Assembly (NCBI GenBank): GCA_020536535.1 | Contig: JAHLWZ010000163.1 | Location: 8,325 to 72,324 of the forward strand | DNA: 64,000 bases | From: Pelomyxa schiedti | Taxonomy: Eukaryota > Protista > Evosea | Direction of reading: 5' to 3' | Part shown: in pieces, positions 1 through 13,548 of the stretch | Layout of the letters: each line of letters starts with the position of its first letter | Numbering within the stretch: position 1 is the stretch's first letter | Program-made: the position numbers and the translations under genes | Notes under the pieces: generated by a model | What the model saw: only the letters and a program-made list of their open reading frames with translations | Database searches by the model: none | What the model was told of the DNA's origin: nothing

Positions 1-3000
1 CACACCGACACAGGAAGTTCATCCATTGCTGTGACATCAACGGAGATGCCAACAGTACCCCGAGAGGAAAGAAAACGAGACCGGCGGCACTCCACTTCCC
101 CATCACCAAGAGTAACAGATCTTGATGAGTCTCATAAGCACAAGCATAGGCACAGGAATACAAAAACTTCACAAGAAGATACACCAGCAGCGGTTCAAGA
201 ACTCACTATACCTCAAGAAGACACTGCACACACTCACAAACATAGACACCGTAAAAGTTCTTCCCACCAAGATGCTGATGTGGAACAGCAAGCCGAACCA
301 CAGAGCATGGGAGATGAATCAGCAGAAAGGCAGAGAACAGAAGTGCAAGTAGAATCAGATCCCAAAGTTGCACCTGAAGCAAGAACACAAGTCAAAGCAA
401 GCGTGGAGGTAACAAATTCCAGCAGGGACATGGAAATCAAGGTAAAAACAGATCTAGACTCGGGCCCTGTAAAAGGAAAAGCTCTGGCTGAGGGAACAGA
501 GCAGGATACTGTGAACACAACTGGAGACCTAACCTCCAAACCTGCCGATTCTCAGGTTGCGCCACCTCAATCAACAGTTGAGGTAAGTGCAGAAACAGAC
601 TCCAAACCCATAACTGAAGAGGAAGCTGAGGAAAGATCAAAAGCTAAGGCCAAAGCTAAAGCTAAAGCGAAAGCAAAAGCTAAAGCAAAAGCCAAGGCTG
701 AAGCTTTGGCTTCTGCAGAAGCAGAGGCAAAATCCAAGGCCGAAGCAGAGGCAAAATCCAAGGCCGAAGCAGAGGCGAAAGCCAAGGCCGAAGCAGAGGC
801 GAAAGCCAAGGCCGAAGCAGAGGCGAAAGCAAAAGCAGAGGCAGAGGCAAAAGCAAAAGCAAAAGCAGAGGCGGAGGCGGAGGCCGAGGCAAAAGCGAAA
901 GCCGCCGACGCAGCGAGATCGGAAGCAAAAGCTAAAGAAAAAGCCAAAAGGGAAGAAGAAAAAGCAAGAAAGGCCAAGGAAAAAGCCCAAAGGGAAGAAG
1001 AAAAAGAAAAAGCACGACAGGCCAAGGCCGAGAAAAAGGCTAAAAAGGGGAAGGAAAAGGAAAACCTAATGAAAGAAGCTCATCAAGAGCCAGCAATCAA
1101 CCACGATGAGAATTCACTCAAGTCCCCAGCAAAAATAGATCCAGTAGACAAATCGGAAGCCACACAATCTCGAAGAGAAGTTACACAAATGCCCACAGTG
1201 CACCCTGAGTCCGAGCCCACTTCACAGGATGACGCTGCGGGAGCAACAGACCCTAGTAAATTGACGCCAGCTTGTGAAACTGGACATAGGACCAAAACTC
1301 ACAGGCGCCACCACCAACAAACTGACGAGAAACCGGAAAAACCACTCAAAGAAGAACCTCACCTCGATGCAGAAGCAGCACCAGCAGTTGCAGTCACAAG
1401 TACCAGTAAAACGGAGGAGTCATCTGAAATCTCACCTGCGCCACCTTCGACAAAAACACCAGAAGAAAATACTCCCCGTCCCACAGAACATGTGGACAAA
1501 AAGATGACACCCCAAGGTTGGTGTTTATTACTTTTGTTATGTGATAACTCTTATGAAAGAGGAGCGCGTACAGAAAGCGCAATGCGTGGTTCGTCAGCGC
1601 GTTGCCAAGGAGCTTCTGAGCACTGAGCAAAGCTATGTTGAGAGCTTGGATATTCTGATTGACAAACTGATCAACCCACTTTTAAAGTAACCTAATACAC
1701 CACAAGCATTGGGGTGGAGAAGCCAGACAAAATACTTAAACCTTTTCGTAGTTCTGGAAAACATGGAAATCCAGTCCTCACCCCCTCTGAGTTCTATCAA
1801 GTGTTCTCCAATGTTGCCGAGCTTCTTGATCATCACCATAAGTTCTTGCACGCACTTAACAAAAAACTTGAAACTTGGACTGATATGGTTACTACCATTG
1901 GTGATGTTTTTCTAATGGAGGTAACTTGCATATGCATAGCCCTCAAGTATAATGAAAACACCACCAGGCCGATTTCTTTCAACTATATGGTGCCTATCTA
2001 AGAAATTTTGATATATCCAATGTAGCTGTCACCTACTTCATGAACACTCGCCCTCGCTTTAAAGAGATGATTTTGGTTCTGCCTTGTCTTCCATCCAAAT
2101 AACTTACCGTAACACAGGCTTTCGAGAAAGCTCTCCAACAAACAGCAAATCCACTCAATTTAGACTCGTTTCTAATTATGCCCATTCAAAGGTTAGTTTA
2201 CTCCAACAATGAGAAAATAAAAAGAGGACGGCTGTTCAATCAATTTTTTACCTGAAATAACCAGACTTCCTCGCTATATGCTTCTTATCAATGATATGCT
2301 TAAGTACACTGGAAACTGGCATCCAGATCACCAACTCCTGAAGAAAGCTAAAGATAAAACTGGAGCTGTTATAACAGCTATTAATACATCTATCGATCAA
2401 TCTCTCGCTGAAAATGCACACAAAATAATTTCCCTGTCTTCGTCCATACAGGGTGCTGAGGGACCAAAGGTGCAAAACTTCTCTAGTAGTCATTCAATTT
2501 ATAAACAAGCTAAGCACAACAATAGAGTTTGATTGTTCCGAACAGAAAATATATCAAGGAGGGTCCTGCTAAAGTTGACATCAAACGGGAGAAGGCCATC
2601 TCTAGGTTTAATATTTTGAAGAAGCCAAATCATTATTTATTTCTTTTCAACGGTATTTCTTTACCTCTCGTACTTTTTGTTTCATTGGAACGTAGATGTA
2701 CTTGTGCTTGTGGACAAAAGAAAAAAGCAATCCTCTCAGGCAGATGCGGAGAAGCCTTACACACTCATTGCTATAATCAATTCACCCTTTGACCTCTTTG
2801 ACTTGGACAAGAGTGATTCTTTCAAAGTCAGAGTCAATTCCGAGTACGTTGGCTTTTGTCCATTAAACCAAACAAACAATCCCACCGCACTCACTCACCA
2901 CACTCCACAGGGGTGTTATACATTGGAACCTCGAATTCAAAACCGCAGCACTGAAGAGTGAATGGGAGGATGCACTGTATGCATCCAGATTTCTCCCTAC

Positions 3001-3094
3001 CCTTCTTACATCTTCACCCACAGAAGAAAAGCTGCACCGTGAAAGTGGAAATTCACTTAGTTATAGAGGAGGCAAGACCAGGGAGGGAGAATGA
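1..3094 (+). CDS. RhoGEF (DH-PH) with long charged/KA-EA repeat N-terminus; 5' end probably outside the window; multi-exon
   Basis: Spliced exons give DH motifs RVAKELLSTEQSYVESLDIL, VFSNVAELLDHHHKFL and LDSFLIMPIQRLPRYMLLINDMLKYT, then a PH domain RKYIKEG...YLFLFNDVLVLV...KSEWEDAL. Stop TGA at 3092-3094. Confidence 0.88.
640..900 (+). repeat. Coding tandem repeats: (KA)n followed by about 5 copies of a 24-bp unit encoding AEAK(S/A)KAE
   Basis: GCAGAGGC(A/G)AAA(T/G)CCAAGGCCGAA repeated from 721; AAAGC(T/C/A/G) repeats at 640-700. Confidence 0.9.
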
Positions 3095-3273
3095 AGATAT
3101 ATAATTTTTGTTCTGTGTTAATACCAAAAACAAAGCATTGCACAATGTCGATGGCCACTTCCTCACCCTCTTTTAGATTTCCAATTTTTCCAAACATCAC
3201 AGAGTCTCCTGTTTCGTTCTATTTCACGAAACCCCGCTGAGTTACTACGACCGAGACGCTCAGTTCAATTGAC

Positions 3274-4508
3274 ATGACGTCGAGTACCAACACACCAACC
3301 ACAGCACCCATAAGTGCTTCTTCCTCGGCGACTCTGGCGGCATCTACGCCGTGCTGCGGTGGCAGTGGTGGGGCGTGTGGGTGCGGTAGTAGCACCAAGG
3401 ACATCAGAGTAGTTGCGTGTGATTTGGACGGTACTTTGCTGACACACGCAAACACGGTGTCGGACGAGTGCGCTGCCTATATTAGGAAGCTACAGGCTCA
3501 GAGGGGCGTCCGTTTCGTTGTATGTAGCGTGTGTTAATTAACCAATAAGTGTTTATGAGTTGTTTGTTGTTTGGGTTGTTTTTTTTTTTCCCCCGTGGGC
3601 ATCAGAACTTTTTTTTTTGGTGTGGAACTATCTATACACTGAAGAATGTAATGTATGTTTAATTGAATTAGTGGTCTCAAGTACGTGATTAGGTTTCTAC
3701 TGGGAGAGGACTATCGAGGACTTTTCTGGTTAAGAAGTTCCTTCCAGATTCATTTCATTTTGTGTGCTTGCAGGTTCAATTCCCTCAAGGTGCCTTAGCT
3801 AGTGTTTGTACTATTTTTATGTCTATTTAATGTCTTGTGTACTGCTTCCTGACTTTCACAACCACTTTCCTAATTGTTTGGTAGGGCTTGATTGCCGGAA
3901 AGTACGAGGCCAATAAGGCTACTCTCTTATTTGAAATCCCTCTTCCTGAGGGCTTCTTCCCGGCATTACAGAAACTAGCACTCTACACTCCCCGCGTTGA
4001 GTTTGCACTTCAAGAACCAGATGGAACTATGTACGTGAACTCGCCAATGAGCATCTCCTATCTCAACAGCATCGGATTCTCGGCCCGGCTTTGTACAGAC
4101 TTCAGCAAACTGACATGCAAAATAGCCAAACTCATGTTCCCCATAGCCAACGAAGAATCCAGACAAAGAGTGGAAGATTACATAACATCGCCGGCTGGCC
4201 AGGAACTAGTCAGGCTGAATATGAGGGTTCTACACACCGCCTTCAATGTGGAGATATTCCCAGCCACGGCAGATAAGGCAGTGGCACTCGATTACCTTGT
4301 GAGGACCGAGTTTGGACTGGAGCTGGATAATGTGATGTGCTTTGGTGACGATGCAAATGACTCGAGGATGTTGTCAATGTGTGGAATGTCAGTGTGCCCT
4401 TCTAATGCCACCTTGGCTGCTATTTCCTCAGCAAAGAAAGTTTCATCCTGGTCAAACAACCAGGATTGCGTGTTGAAAGAGTTACAGGCTGTGTTTGGGC
4501 CATTGTAG
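3274..4508 (+). CDS. HAD-superfamily subfamily IIB (Cof-like) hydrolase
   Basis: Motif I VVACDLDGTLL, motif II VSTGRG (exon starting near 3693), motifs III/IV ADKAVAL...VMCFGDDANDSRML. Confidence 0.92.
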
Positions 4509-4600
4509 GGAGCAAAAAAAGAGAAAGTTTTTTTTCCTCTCAAAAACTGAAGGAGTGTGTATAGGGGTTATTGACAATGTAGTCTCTTGCTAAATAATCC

Positions 4601-5757
4601 TCAAGAATGTTTGCCGACTTTCTTTGGCTCTTTGGCGGAGGTCCACGTGTCATCATCTTCTATGTCCCATGCCTCATTCCAGGAATCACCTAGTTGGTTT
4701 AGTTTGGAAGCAAAACAAGAATCATTACCTGGGTTTGAAGTGGTGTCTGGAGCTGTGGCTGACAAAAGCGGTGCTTTATCTTGTTCTTGTGGTGTTTGTG
4801 CGACTGTTGGGGGTGGTTGAAGTTGTCTCTGTAGTGGTTTGGGTTGAACTTGTGACATGGGAGGCGGCTGGGCCATATCGTGTGGGCTTGTTTTCATTGT
4901 GTCATCTGGGAAAGGTGGTGGGGATGGTGCTAAGGACGTTTCCCTGTTTGCTGGGGTCGGTACAGGTTGCATTTCAACACCTGCTACAGCACTGCGGGAA
5001 CGAGATAAGAACGGTAACCAGCTCCTCTAGTTTAATGAACACAGTCCATAAAAAAAAGTCAATAGATAAGGGATGCCATACCCCAGATAAAGAGCTGAAT
5101 TTCCAGCCAATAGCTGCCAGTGACCCACATAAAATACAAATGGGTATAACAGTGTACACCCATTCACCTACAAGTAGAGATGATTCAGGCACTGAGGATG
5201 AAGAAGAAGAAGATTGCGAGGAGGATGATTCTGAGGAGGAAGATTGTGAGGCAGATTGGGAGGAGGACTGTGAGGACGACTGTGAGGAAGATTGGGAGGA
5301 GGACTGCGAGGACGACTGCGAGGAGGATTGCGAAGAGGAGAGTGATAGTGAGGAGGAACTAGAAGACGACGTGGAAAACTACGGCGGGTAAGACAAACAT
5401 AGGAAAAGCGAAATGACGACGCGATACCCGCGGAGCAGAAGTGCACACATAGGCACAGTAGTCCTGGCCATTTACGCTCGCCGTTCCGTTTTTACACACA
5501 GGAGTACCCCAGAGGGCTGCGTTACAGTACGTAGTGCAATCTTCTGTGTTACATTTTGTAGTACAGATGGTGCAGTATTCCTCGACGGGGGTGCCACAGT
5601 CTCCCGTGCACAGATCATTGAACGGCACCGTGACCTCTGGCGTAACTTCAGGAAAAAAAAAGAAAAAACCTGTATAACCTTCAGCCCCCCCATTGACCAC
5701 ATTGCACACGAGCACAATGAACCCCACAAGCATCAGTACACGTGGGCCAGCCTTCAT
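4601..5757 (-). CDS. Predicted type I membrane protein: signal peptide, Cys-rich domain, Ser/Gln-rich stalk, TM helix, Pro-rich cytoplasmic tail
   Basis: N-terminus MKAGPRVLMLVGFIVLVCNVVNG; about 10 Cys in the ectodomain; (SSSQ)n stalk at 5200-5360; TM WVYTVIPICILCGSLAAIGW; splices in frame into MQPVPTP...KHS*. Confidence 0.6.
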
Positions 5758-5892
5758 TTTTCGATTTTGATTGCAGATTCCGCTGGGCCCGTAAAATCTC
5801 TATTGTGTAATGGCGTTCTATGCGTTCCTCTCTGGAGCGCTACAAGAACTAAGGAATACAAACAACAAGAAAAGCAAAATTGTGTGACTAGT

Positions 5893-6759
5893 TCATAATA
5901 ACAAACACCCTCCTCCACCACCCTTTTTTTCTGGTTTCTTGATCGATCTGGGTCCCTTTTTTGCTCTTGGTGTTGCCATTGCCCTTTCCTCCGCGGCCGC
6001 GTGTGCTGCAACAACATTGTTGTGTACTGCTTGTATAATGGCATCAAAGCATTCTTGTACCATTTCACCAGATGCTGCAGAAGTCTGTATGGTTTTAGGC
6101 CATGTGAGGGCAATGTAAAATGCAAAGGGAACCTCGTAGTATTCAGCATGAATGTTGTTGCTCATATCTTCTGCTTCGCCTCTAGATACCTTGCGAGGGA
6201 GATCCTTTTTATTACCCACCAGATATACAACCAGGGGGGCTGATGGTGCGTCCCTGCTGGCGGCTGCATCAACATCACTGAACCGGGTCAGCTGTGTGTA
6301 CCACCCCTTGACACCCTGAAGGGATTCAGGGTCAGTTACATCATATACAAGAATGGCACCTTGAAAACCGAATTTTCAGAACGAGAAGGGAGCGGGAGCA
6401 CACAAACCTTTGCATCTTTTGAAGATGGAAGTCGTTACGTGGGAGAATTTCTCTTCTCCTGCAGAATCCCATGTCTTTTTACCGAGTAAGAAAGCGAAAG
6501 TAGTAGAAACTACGTGTGGGCATGCAGTGGTATGCCAGAATACCTTGACACTAATTGCCTTCTTGCCAATTTTCCACGGTTTCGTGTAGAACCCATCCGA
6601 ATCCCTATCGGCGAACGAAGCTGTGTCAACGCCGCCGCCGCCAACGCCTCCAACGAGACACGGACTGAAGTTGTTCATGAAGCACCTCACAATGGACGTC
6701 TTCCCAACACCCGCCTCGCCCAACAACATCAGCTCCACCACCGTAACGTCGTCCCCCAT
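5893..6759 (-). CDS. Divergent Rab-like small GTPase with C-terminal CLLL
   Basis: G1 LLGEAGVGKTS, G3 WDSAGEE, AILVYDVT, G4 GNKKD, G5 SAASG, CaaX CLLL*. Confidence 0.9.
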
Positions 6760-7190
6760 GAATGGAGTGTAGGTGTTTGGTTTTTTTGAAAAAAATGATT
6801 GTCTGCGGTGTAATTGCTATGTGGTGTGGGTGATACACTAATCCCCTGCACTGATAAATTAACGAGTATAGGGTAGTGCGGGGTTCCACGCGGTTGATCC
6901 CGTTTTTTTTTTCTTTTTGATTTGTGTGGCATTTTCTTTGTTTTTGTTTTCCTGCTCGTTTTTCTCTCTTTCTTCGGTTTCTTGCGTTAATTATTTTGTC
7001 TTTGCTCTTTTTTGTTTATCGAAAGGTGAAGTTGTAGTTCGTTTACCTGTAATCGACATCGGGCAAAGCAACGCTAAAAATAAAAAAAAGGTAGAAAGAC
7101 TTACGGTTAGGTACAGTTACAGAATACAAGTGACTGTGCTGGTGGTGTGCTTTGGTTTCTTTGGGTGGGGTTTGTGGGGATTTCGCTGGA

Positions 7191-8703
7191 TTATGTCTTG
7201 TGGGGGGGTTCTTGGGTGCTACTTGTAGGTTTTTCTGTGGTGTTGTGGGTGGTAGCTTCTTTGTCAGTTGTGGGTGCTGGTGGGGGAGTGTGGGATTGTG
7301 CTGGGGTTGTGGGCTTATCTGCAGAAGTGGCTGGGTGGTCCTTTGTGGAGGACTGCGGGTGGCTCTCGGGTGTTGGATTGCTGTTTGCTGGTGTGGATGA
7401 TGCCGTTGTAGAGGCGGCAGTGGTGGTGGCCGGGCTTGCTTCGTTGGCAGTATTTGCATTGTTCTTGAAAGAGCAAAGTTAGGACTGCGGTTGAATGGAT
7501 GCACAAAGGAACACACGTGGTTTGGCATAGGTTTTGGTGGATGGACGTCGGAAGGTTTTTCGCCATCACTGTTTTTGAGATTGGGATCTGCACCAGCCTT
7601 CAACAGGAGCTGCTCAATAACGGTTCCTGCCGAATACCTACTCGAAAGGACAGATGAAATTGTACGTGGGGGAAAAAAGCTACCTGTAGGTCATGTGCAG
7701 AGCGGTATCGCCTTTATCATTTTGTGCATTAACGTCAGCCCCTCTGTTGACAATAAGTTGAACCAAAGTTTCGTTACAGTTCCTTGTTGCAACGTGCAGA
7801 GGAGTTGCCCCATAAGGGTCTTTAAGGTTCTATGCAAGGTTACGAAGCTCAAGTTCCACAAGGGACGAAGCATACAACAGGACATCCGCTATCAAGTAAT
7901 GCCTGGACTTGATTGGGTTTGTTGTGGGCTACACAGCTGAAGATTTTGTTAAAGTCCTCAGGTTTCGGCTTTACTGCAGGATCATCGGGATTTGATGCCC
8001 AATCCGATTCTCCCGTGTTCTTTGGGGCAGCACTGCTGCTGGCCGTTTCCTTTGACTCTGCTTGCTTTCCTTGAAGGGTGCCAGAAGGTTTTTTTACAAT
8101 TGTAGCAGCAGGACCTAAAAGTAAAAACCACCCCACACAAAGTCAATTCTTTCGCGTAAGCCATCGGCTATTTTCCCCCAAGTCAAAAATCACGAAGCAA
8201 TACGAACCTGATGATGCGGATGCAGCGTGATTCTGGTCGTGCGGCGTAGAAGCTTTCGCGGAAGGAGCCTGGTGCTGCTGATGCTGATGCTGAGCCTGCT
8301 GCTCCTGATGATGATGGTGCCCACCGGTGGCCGGCTGAGCAGAACCAGCGGCACCACTGGGCTTCGTTTTGGAGCCGTGATTGGGGCTGCCCTGGGATTT
8401 CGCGGGGTTGGAGCTGGAGAGCGGGCTTGCAGTTGCTTTCGAATTCGCAGTTGCAGCAGGCGTCGACGCAGGAGCCTGTTTTTTGGCTGCAGAAGACGAG
8501 GAGGGGCCTCCCGTCGGGGCATTGGACTTTGTCGGAGGGGCCTCAGTAGATTTCTTCAGAGATTTGGGAGCCGGGGTAGATGGCGGGGGGCCGTTGTTGG
8601 CGGACGTGGAGGGCTTGGTGGATGCGGGCTTACGAGGTGTGGTACCTGCATGTGAGGGGTGTTTGTTGTTGGAGCCGGCGGCTACGCTGGCGGAGCAGCC
8701 CAT
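7191..8703 (-). CDS. Ankyrin-repeat protein with N-terminal myristoylation/palmitoylation-type motif (MGCSAS)
   Basis: Ankyrin repeats GATPLHVATRNCNETLVQLIVNRGADVNAQNDKGDTALH and LLLKAGADPNLKNSDGEKP; low-complexity termini. Confidence 0.82.
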
Positions 8704-9108
8704 AATTGGTTTTGGGCGGTGTTTTGTGTTTTAAAATGGGGTGGTTGGAGGTGTGTCTTTGGGGGACCCCGGTGGGTTGCGGGGGGGAGACACAACGGTA
8801 AACGGTGCTGTGTTGTGTTAGGTAATTAGTGAAAAATACAATTCCGGGATTGTCAACCACACAACAAAGGAGGGGAAACGGTACCAGAGGATCTTTTCTT
8901 TTTTCTGCTTGTTCAACCAGGCCCGTTTCTGCGAATGTAATCCTCCTTCTTGAAGTGTTCCAGCGGTCAGAAGGAAGCAGACAGGACCGAGTGACGCCAT
9001 ACGGTGGTGCACGAATATGATGATTGTATTTCCATGTTAGAATTTGGGAGATTGGCACCTTTCATCTCCTGCAGTTAATTTTTACACAAGCAGCGCCCTT
9101 GACAGCGC

Positions 9109-9781
9109 ATGAACCACTCAGCCGGTACTGCGACAGCTACATCTGCATCTGCAACCGCATCTGCGACGACAAGCAACTCTAGTGTTGGGGGTCCACTGCC
9201 ACAATGTTCTTTGTATTACCATTACCGCGATTTGGAGGGAGCAATGTTTGGGCCTTTTTCCTTCGCGCACATGGTGGGTGCAATTTCTTGTCTGCTGCGT
9301 GTTGCACTTGTGTTTTTTTTTTTTTTTTTTTTGTGAGTGTGTGAGTATCGCACCCCAACTGCACTGCACTTCGCTTTCATGTGTGGGAAGGTTATGAATC
9401 ACCGTGTTTGCATGCCACTTACTCTATTTTTTTCACAAGTATCACTGGTGGATGGCTGGCCATCTGGATCCTAAAGTTCAAGTTCGTGTGGTAGGGGAAA
9501 CAGAATTTACTCCTATTGCAGGTGAAGGTTCTTTTAAAAAAACCTTTCACTTAACAAACACTAGAAAGACCGGAGTTCCCAGCCAAGGAAGTGTATACAA
9601 TCGTTCTCCCTAGTACAGTCGTAGAAGTGACAGAGCCGAGCGCCAAATAGCCCACTTCATGGATTTGGAGGCCTACCAGGAACAGCGACGAATGGCCAGA
9701 CAACTAGTGGAGTTGGGACTTGTAAAGCCAAAGGCAAGAAACCCAAAGTACCCAAGAAGAAGAAGATGCCCGCATGGCTAA
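9109..9781 (+). CDS. GYF-domain protein (3' end approximate)
   Basis: YYHYRDLEGAMFGPFSFAHM|YHWWMAGHLDPKVQVRVVG resembles the GYF consensus W.Y.D..G..QGPF...M..W...GYF. Confidence 0.7.
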
Positions 9782-9969
9782 GTGAAATTCATTAATTCCG
9801 TGATGACGTTAATTTTAGAAAAACAAATTCCAAAATGTTGCTCTTTTTTTTGGTTTTCCCTATTAGTGTGCAGTAGTGCGTGTCCTTTTGTGTGCAGGGC
9901 GTTGTTTGCAATAACAGCAAAAAAACCAGATCAAGCAAGACAAGAAAAAAAGTGAAGATAGAGGATAGA

Positions 9970-10862
9970 ATGGCATTGCACCAAGCACTGTTCATGTTTG
10001 GGGTCGTGGCTGTACTCTTTGGTGTGGGTTACTCTCAGATTGTTGTGACCGGAACGGGGACGTACAATACAACAGCGGACACAGCGGTTATTCAAGTTGG
10101 AGTTACCACAAATGGGACAAGTGTAGCTCAGGTAGTAGAGATAAATGCCCAGAAAGTCCAGGTATGACTTCTTTGAATTGTTTTATTCTCAGGCACATTG
10201 CACATAGACTGTGATTCAGCAAATTGTCGATGCTGGAATCAGGAGAGATGACATTCAGACAATTGTCCTCGAGTTCCGGCAGCTCTTTGGTGATTTTGAG
10301 TCCGGTGATTCTGAGACCGACAACACAGAGACTGACACTAGCGAGAGCTCTCCTTCAGATAATCAGGTTAATAATTAAGCATTTTTTTAGGGGTTTTCTG
10401 TTGTTGCTCCACTAACACTTAGATAGTGGGAAATGACACAAATACTAAGCGTTACAGCACGTATTGAATTGCTTCCCAATGTGATTGAAGAAGCAATTTC
10501 TGGAGGAGCCACATCAATTGAAGGTGTTGATTTCCAGGCCAAGGACTATACCCCTGTATGTAATCACATTATCCTTTTAAATAACGTATTATAAATACGC
10601 ATACATCCAATCCCATAATAATGCACAGGCACTCCAACGTGCGCGTGTATTAGCCGTAGCCGATGCACAAGCCAAGGCAGCCAGCCTCGCCACGATCAAT
10701 AAGGTCATTCTGGGAAAATTGCAGACGATAAGCGAGCCTCCAGCAACAGTCTCGGTGCTTCAGACGGAGTACACGTCGGAAAACTCGCTCGTTTCGCTGC
10801 CCATTGCACCTGGAACATTGAGGGTAAAGGTCTCGGTGCAACTCATTTACGCCATCCAGTAG
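9970..10862 (+). CDS. SIMPL/DUF541 (BP26-like) domain protein with signal peptide
   Basis: Signal peptide, then IVVTGTGTYNTTADTAVIQVGVTT; ALQRARVLAVADAQAKAASLA; C-terminal PIAPGTLRVKVSVQLIYAIQ*. Confidence 0.8.
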
Positions 10863-11017
10863 TTCATAGTGGCTGAGTTGCTTTGTACCACACAATCGTA
10901 TTATACGAGTTGAGTGGTGTCACAACAAAAAAAAACCCTTGTCTTCAAAGATTGATGATTGGGAAAAGAAGCGTTTCTTTTTGATTTTCTTTGATAACTG
11001 AAGTTTAAGGGTGGTTG

Positions 11018-13548
11018 ATGTTTCGGCGGGAGAAAAGCACGAGCAGTCTGAACGCTACGTCGACGGCGACGGCGACGGCTACGGCGACTACGACGACGTC
11101 TGGGACTACGAGCGGCAACGATTGGCAGCGTCCCACAATCCGGCGCCAGACCTCCGCCACAAGCACCACGTCACCCATTTCACAACCGACAGCGACACCG
11201 AGCAGCACCAACACTGTCACTACCAACGTAGGCCCAGAATCTTCCAAGGAGACACCGGCCGAACAGACCACCACCGAAACAGTTATGGGTACTGGGTCCA
11301 ACAAAAAAAACAGAGCTTCGTGCCCCCCTATTGCCAAACCGGCAGACGGAAGCTCGCACGATAGGCACCATTCGTCCCACAATCGCGAGCACAGATCCAG
11401 TGAGTCCCATGCCAAGACCGGCGCCAATGTGGCCCAAATCTCAAGTGCAACTGCAACCGCAACCGCAGCCGCTACTTCGGCTGCCGCTTCTGACAGTCAC
11501 CAACTTGGGTCGACCGGCAGCACCGTCGATCCGTCGCCAAAGCCAGTGACGTCAGATGCTGCAGCAAATGCAACTGCGACGGCAAATGCAACTGATACCG
11601 GTGCATTGGAGTCTAGGCTAACAGGGGAGTTAGGAGAGGGGGAACATGATGTACAATATATAATGGATGCATGTGGGGGTGACAAGTTCGCTCTGTGCAC
11701 ATACGCCCTGAACCAGCACACCATGTCCCTGGAACTCCTGTCAAAGATATCCTTTTCTGGTATTCCCGACGCTGCTCCGACTCTCCGAGCACAGTACTGG
11801 AAGGTATGCTGTTGAACAGAGTTCTTTTTGTGACTGACTCTTGGTGCTAAAGGTGCTCCTCCATTACTTGCCACCGAAAAAAAGTGACTGGCCATCAAAA
11901 CTGGCTTCCAGTAGACGTCAGTACATGGAATGGAAAAATGAATTCGCACTCAATCCCAAACACCCACTTGCAATGGTACGTCTCTTCTTACCTTCGCTCT
12001 TCTGTACTTACAACCTCTTGGTTTTCAGGCTTTGTCTCCTGAAGAGAGTAAAGCTCGTTTATTGGAACAGGTGATGCACCACATATAACTCTTATTCGTA
12101 TTAACAGTCGTAGGATGAAACAGAAGGGACATCAGATCAGGTTTGTATCATTCGTTGCTGTTTGATCTGAAACTGGTTTAAGCGAAGAAATGCTGTGGCC
12201 TACTCAAAACCTGACACAACAAGGTTCACCAATGATATTATTAGTTCTATCTGACGTATTATCAGTGACTTTGAACCTGATAGAAAACTACTTGGCGAAA
12301 TCATTAAGGATGTGAGAAGAACGTGCCCAACTCTCCACTTTTTCAATTCTGTGCGTATTCATTGAATTCCTCTTTTCTGTAACCAAAGTCAACTTCGTGT
12401 TTGACATTGTTAAGGCCGCAGGTGCAAAAAATGCTGTGCATTATGATGCATTAATGTGTATATTGGTACACAATTATGCCTTCTCTCTGCACCTTACCCA
12501 AACTTTTTTTTCATATATCTTTCTGAATTGATCAAAAGTTTATTTATGCGCACTATAATCTGTGTGTACGGTATGCACAAGGAATGAATGACATACTAGC
12601 ACCACTTTACTACGCGTTTGCTATTGATGTTGTTGAAACTCAAGGTTTACGGTTTTACTTTACAAGACTTCCCCAACTTGATTTCTAGAACATGCAGAAG
12701 CAGATGCCTTCTTTTGCTTCTCCAACCTCATGAGTGAAGTAATGGACAATTACATTATGAATGTTCGTTTCCTTCCATCTTTCCGTTTCCCACTTTAATC
12801 GAAAGTTAGAATTCGGAACTCGGAATTCATTCTACAATAAGTAAGTTTGACCAACTTCTCAAATTGAAAGACCCTGAGGTACATTCAGTGCCCCGACTAT
12901 TGCTTATTGTCATAAGGTTTGGGACCGTCTAAATAGCCAGGGAATCCTCCCTACTTTCTACAGTCTCAGATGGCTTTCACTTCTCTTATCACAGGAGTTT
13001 GACATGCCCGATGTAACCACTCAAAAATCCTCCCAATTCGAACAAATAAATAATTTCAGGTTTTGCGGCTATGGGATTCTCTCTTCGGGGATGAACACAG
13101 ATTTGACTTTTTGTTGTTCTTCTGTTGTGCAATGGTCAAGTAATTTTTCTATACTTCAACAATGGGAGGAAAAAGAAAAACCCAGGTGTGTGAGAGGCCC
13201 TCTTCTCGTCGGTTCCTTTGCAGAAAACATGGCCTATCTTCAAGTTTGTTCCCCCACTCCAGGAATCCACCGACTAACAAGCTTTCAGCAATACCCACGA
13301 TTGATATCTTTTGATGACATTTTCGATGTTGCAGTTGTGTTGCGGAAAAACACCGATCCCTCTGTATTACAGACGATGGTGCTGACATCAACACCCCCAG
13401 AAATGGGAAACTTCCGGGATGTACCACCTGTAAAAAAGAAGGTTTGCTATGGATCCCTTTATTCCGAGGTACTGAAATTTACACCTAGGGAGGAATAAGA
13501 AAATTTTGGCAGCGAGAGAAACACCCAAAACAAAAAGGCAATTCGTGA
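11018..13548 (+). CDS. TBC-domain Rab GTPase-activating protein (TBC1D13-like)
   Basis: SGIPDAAPTLRAQYWKVLLHYLP, arginine finger EIIKDVRRT, glutamine finger YAQGMNDILAPLYYAF, EADAFFCFSNLM, FYSLRWLSLLLSQEF...VLRLWDSL. Confidence 0.92.

Noticed and set aside
2940-2965. Apparent in-frame TGA (possible readthrough or recoding) in the RhoGEF PH domain
   Set aside because: Correct phase-2 splicing at about 2843/2911 uses a different frame (SEGVIHW...KSEWEDAL) with no stop; there is no evidence for a non-standard code.
4624-5391. 255-aa plus-strand ORF with an EEDC acidic repeat
   Set aside because: It is the antisense shadow of the (SSSQ)n stalk of the minus-strand membrane protein.
8950-9108. 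Possible snoRNA/snRNA (ATGATGA box C-like word, T-rich Sm-like stretch)
   Set aside because: No box D or terminal stem and no U-snRNA signature; gtattt...ctgcag fits a 5'-UTR intron.
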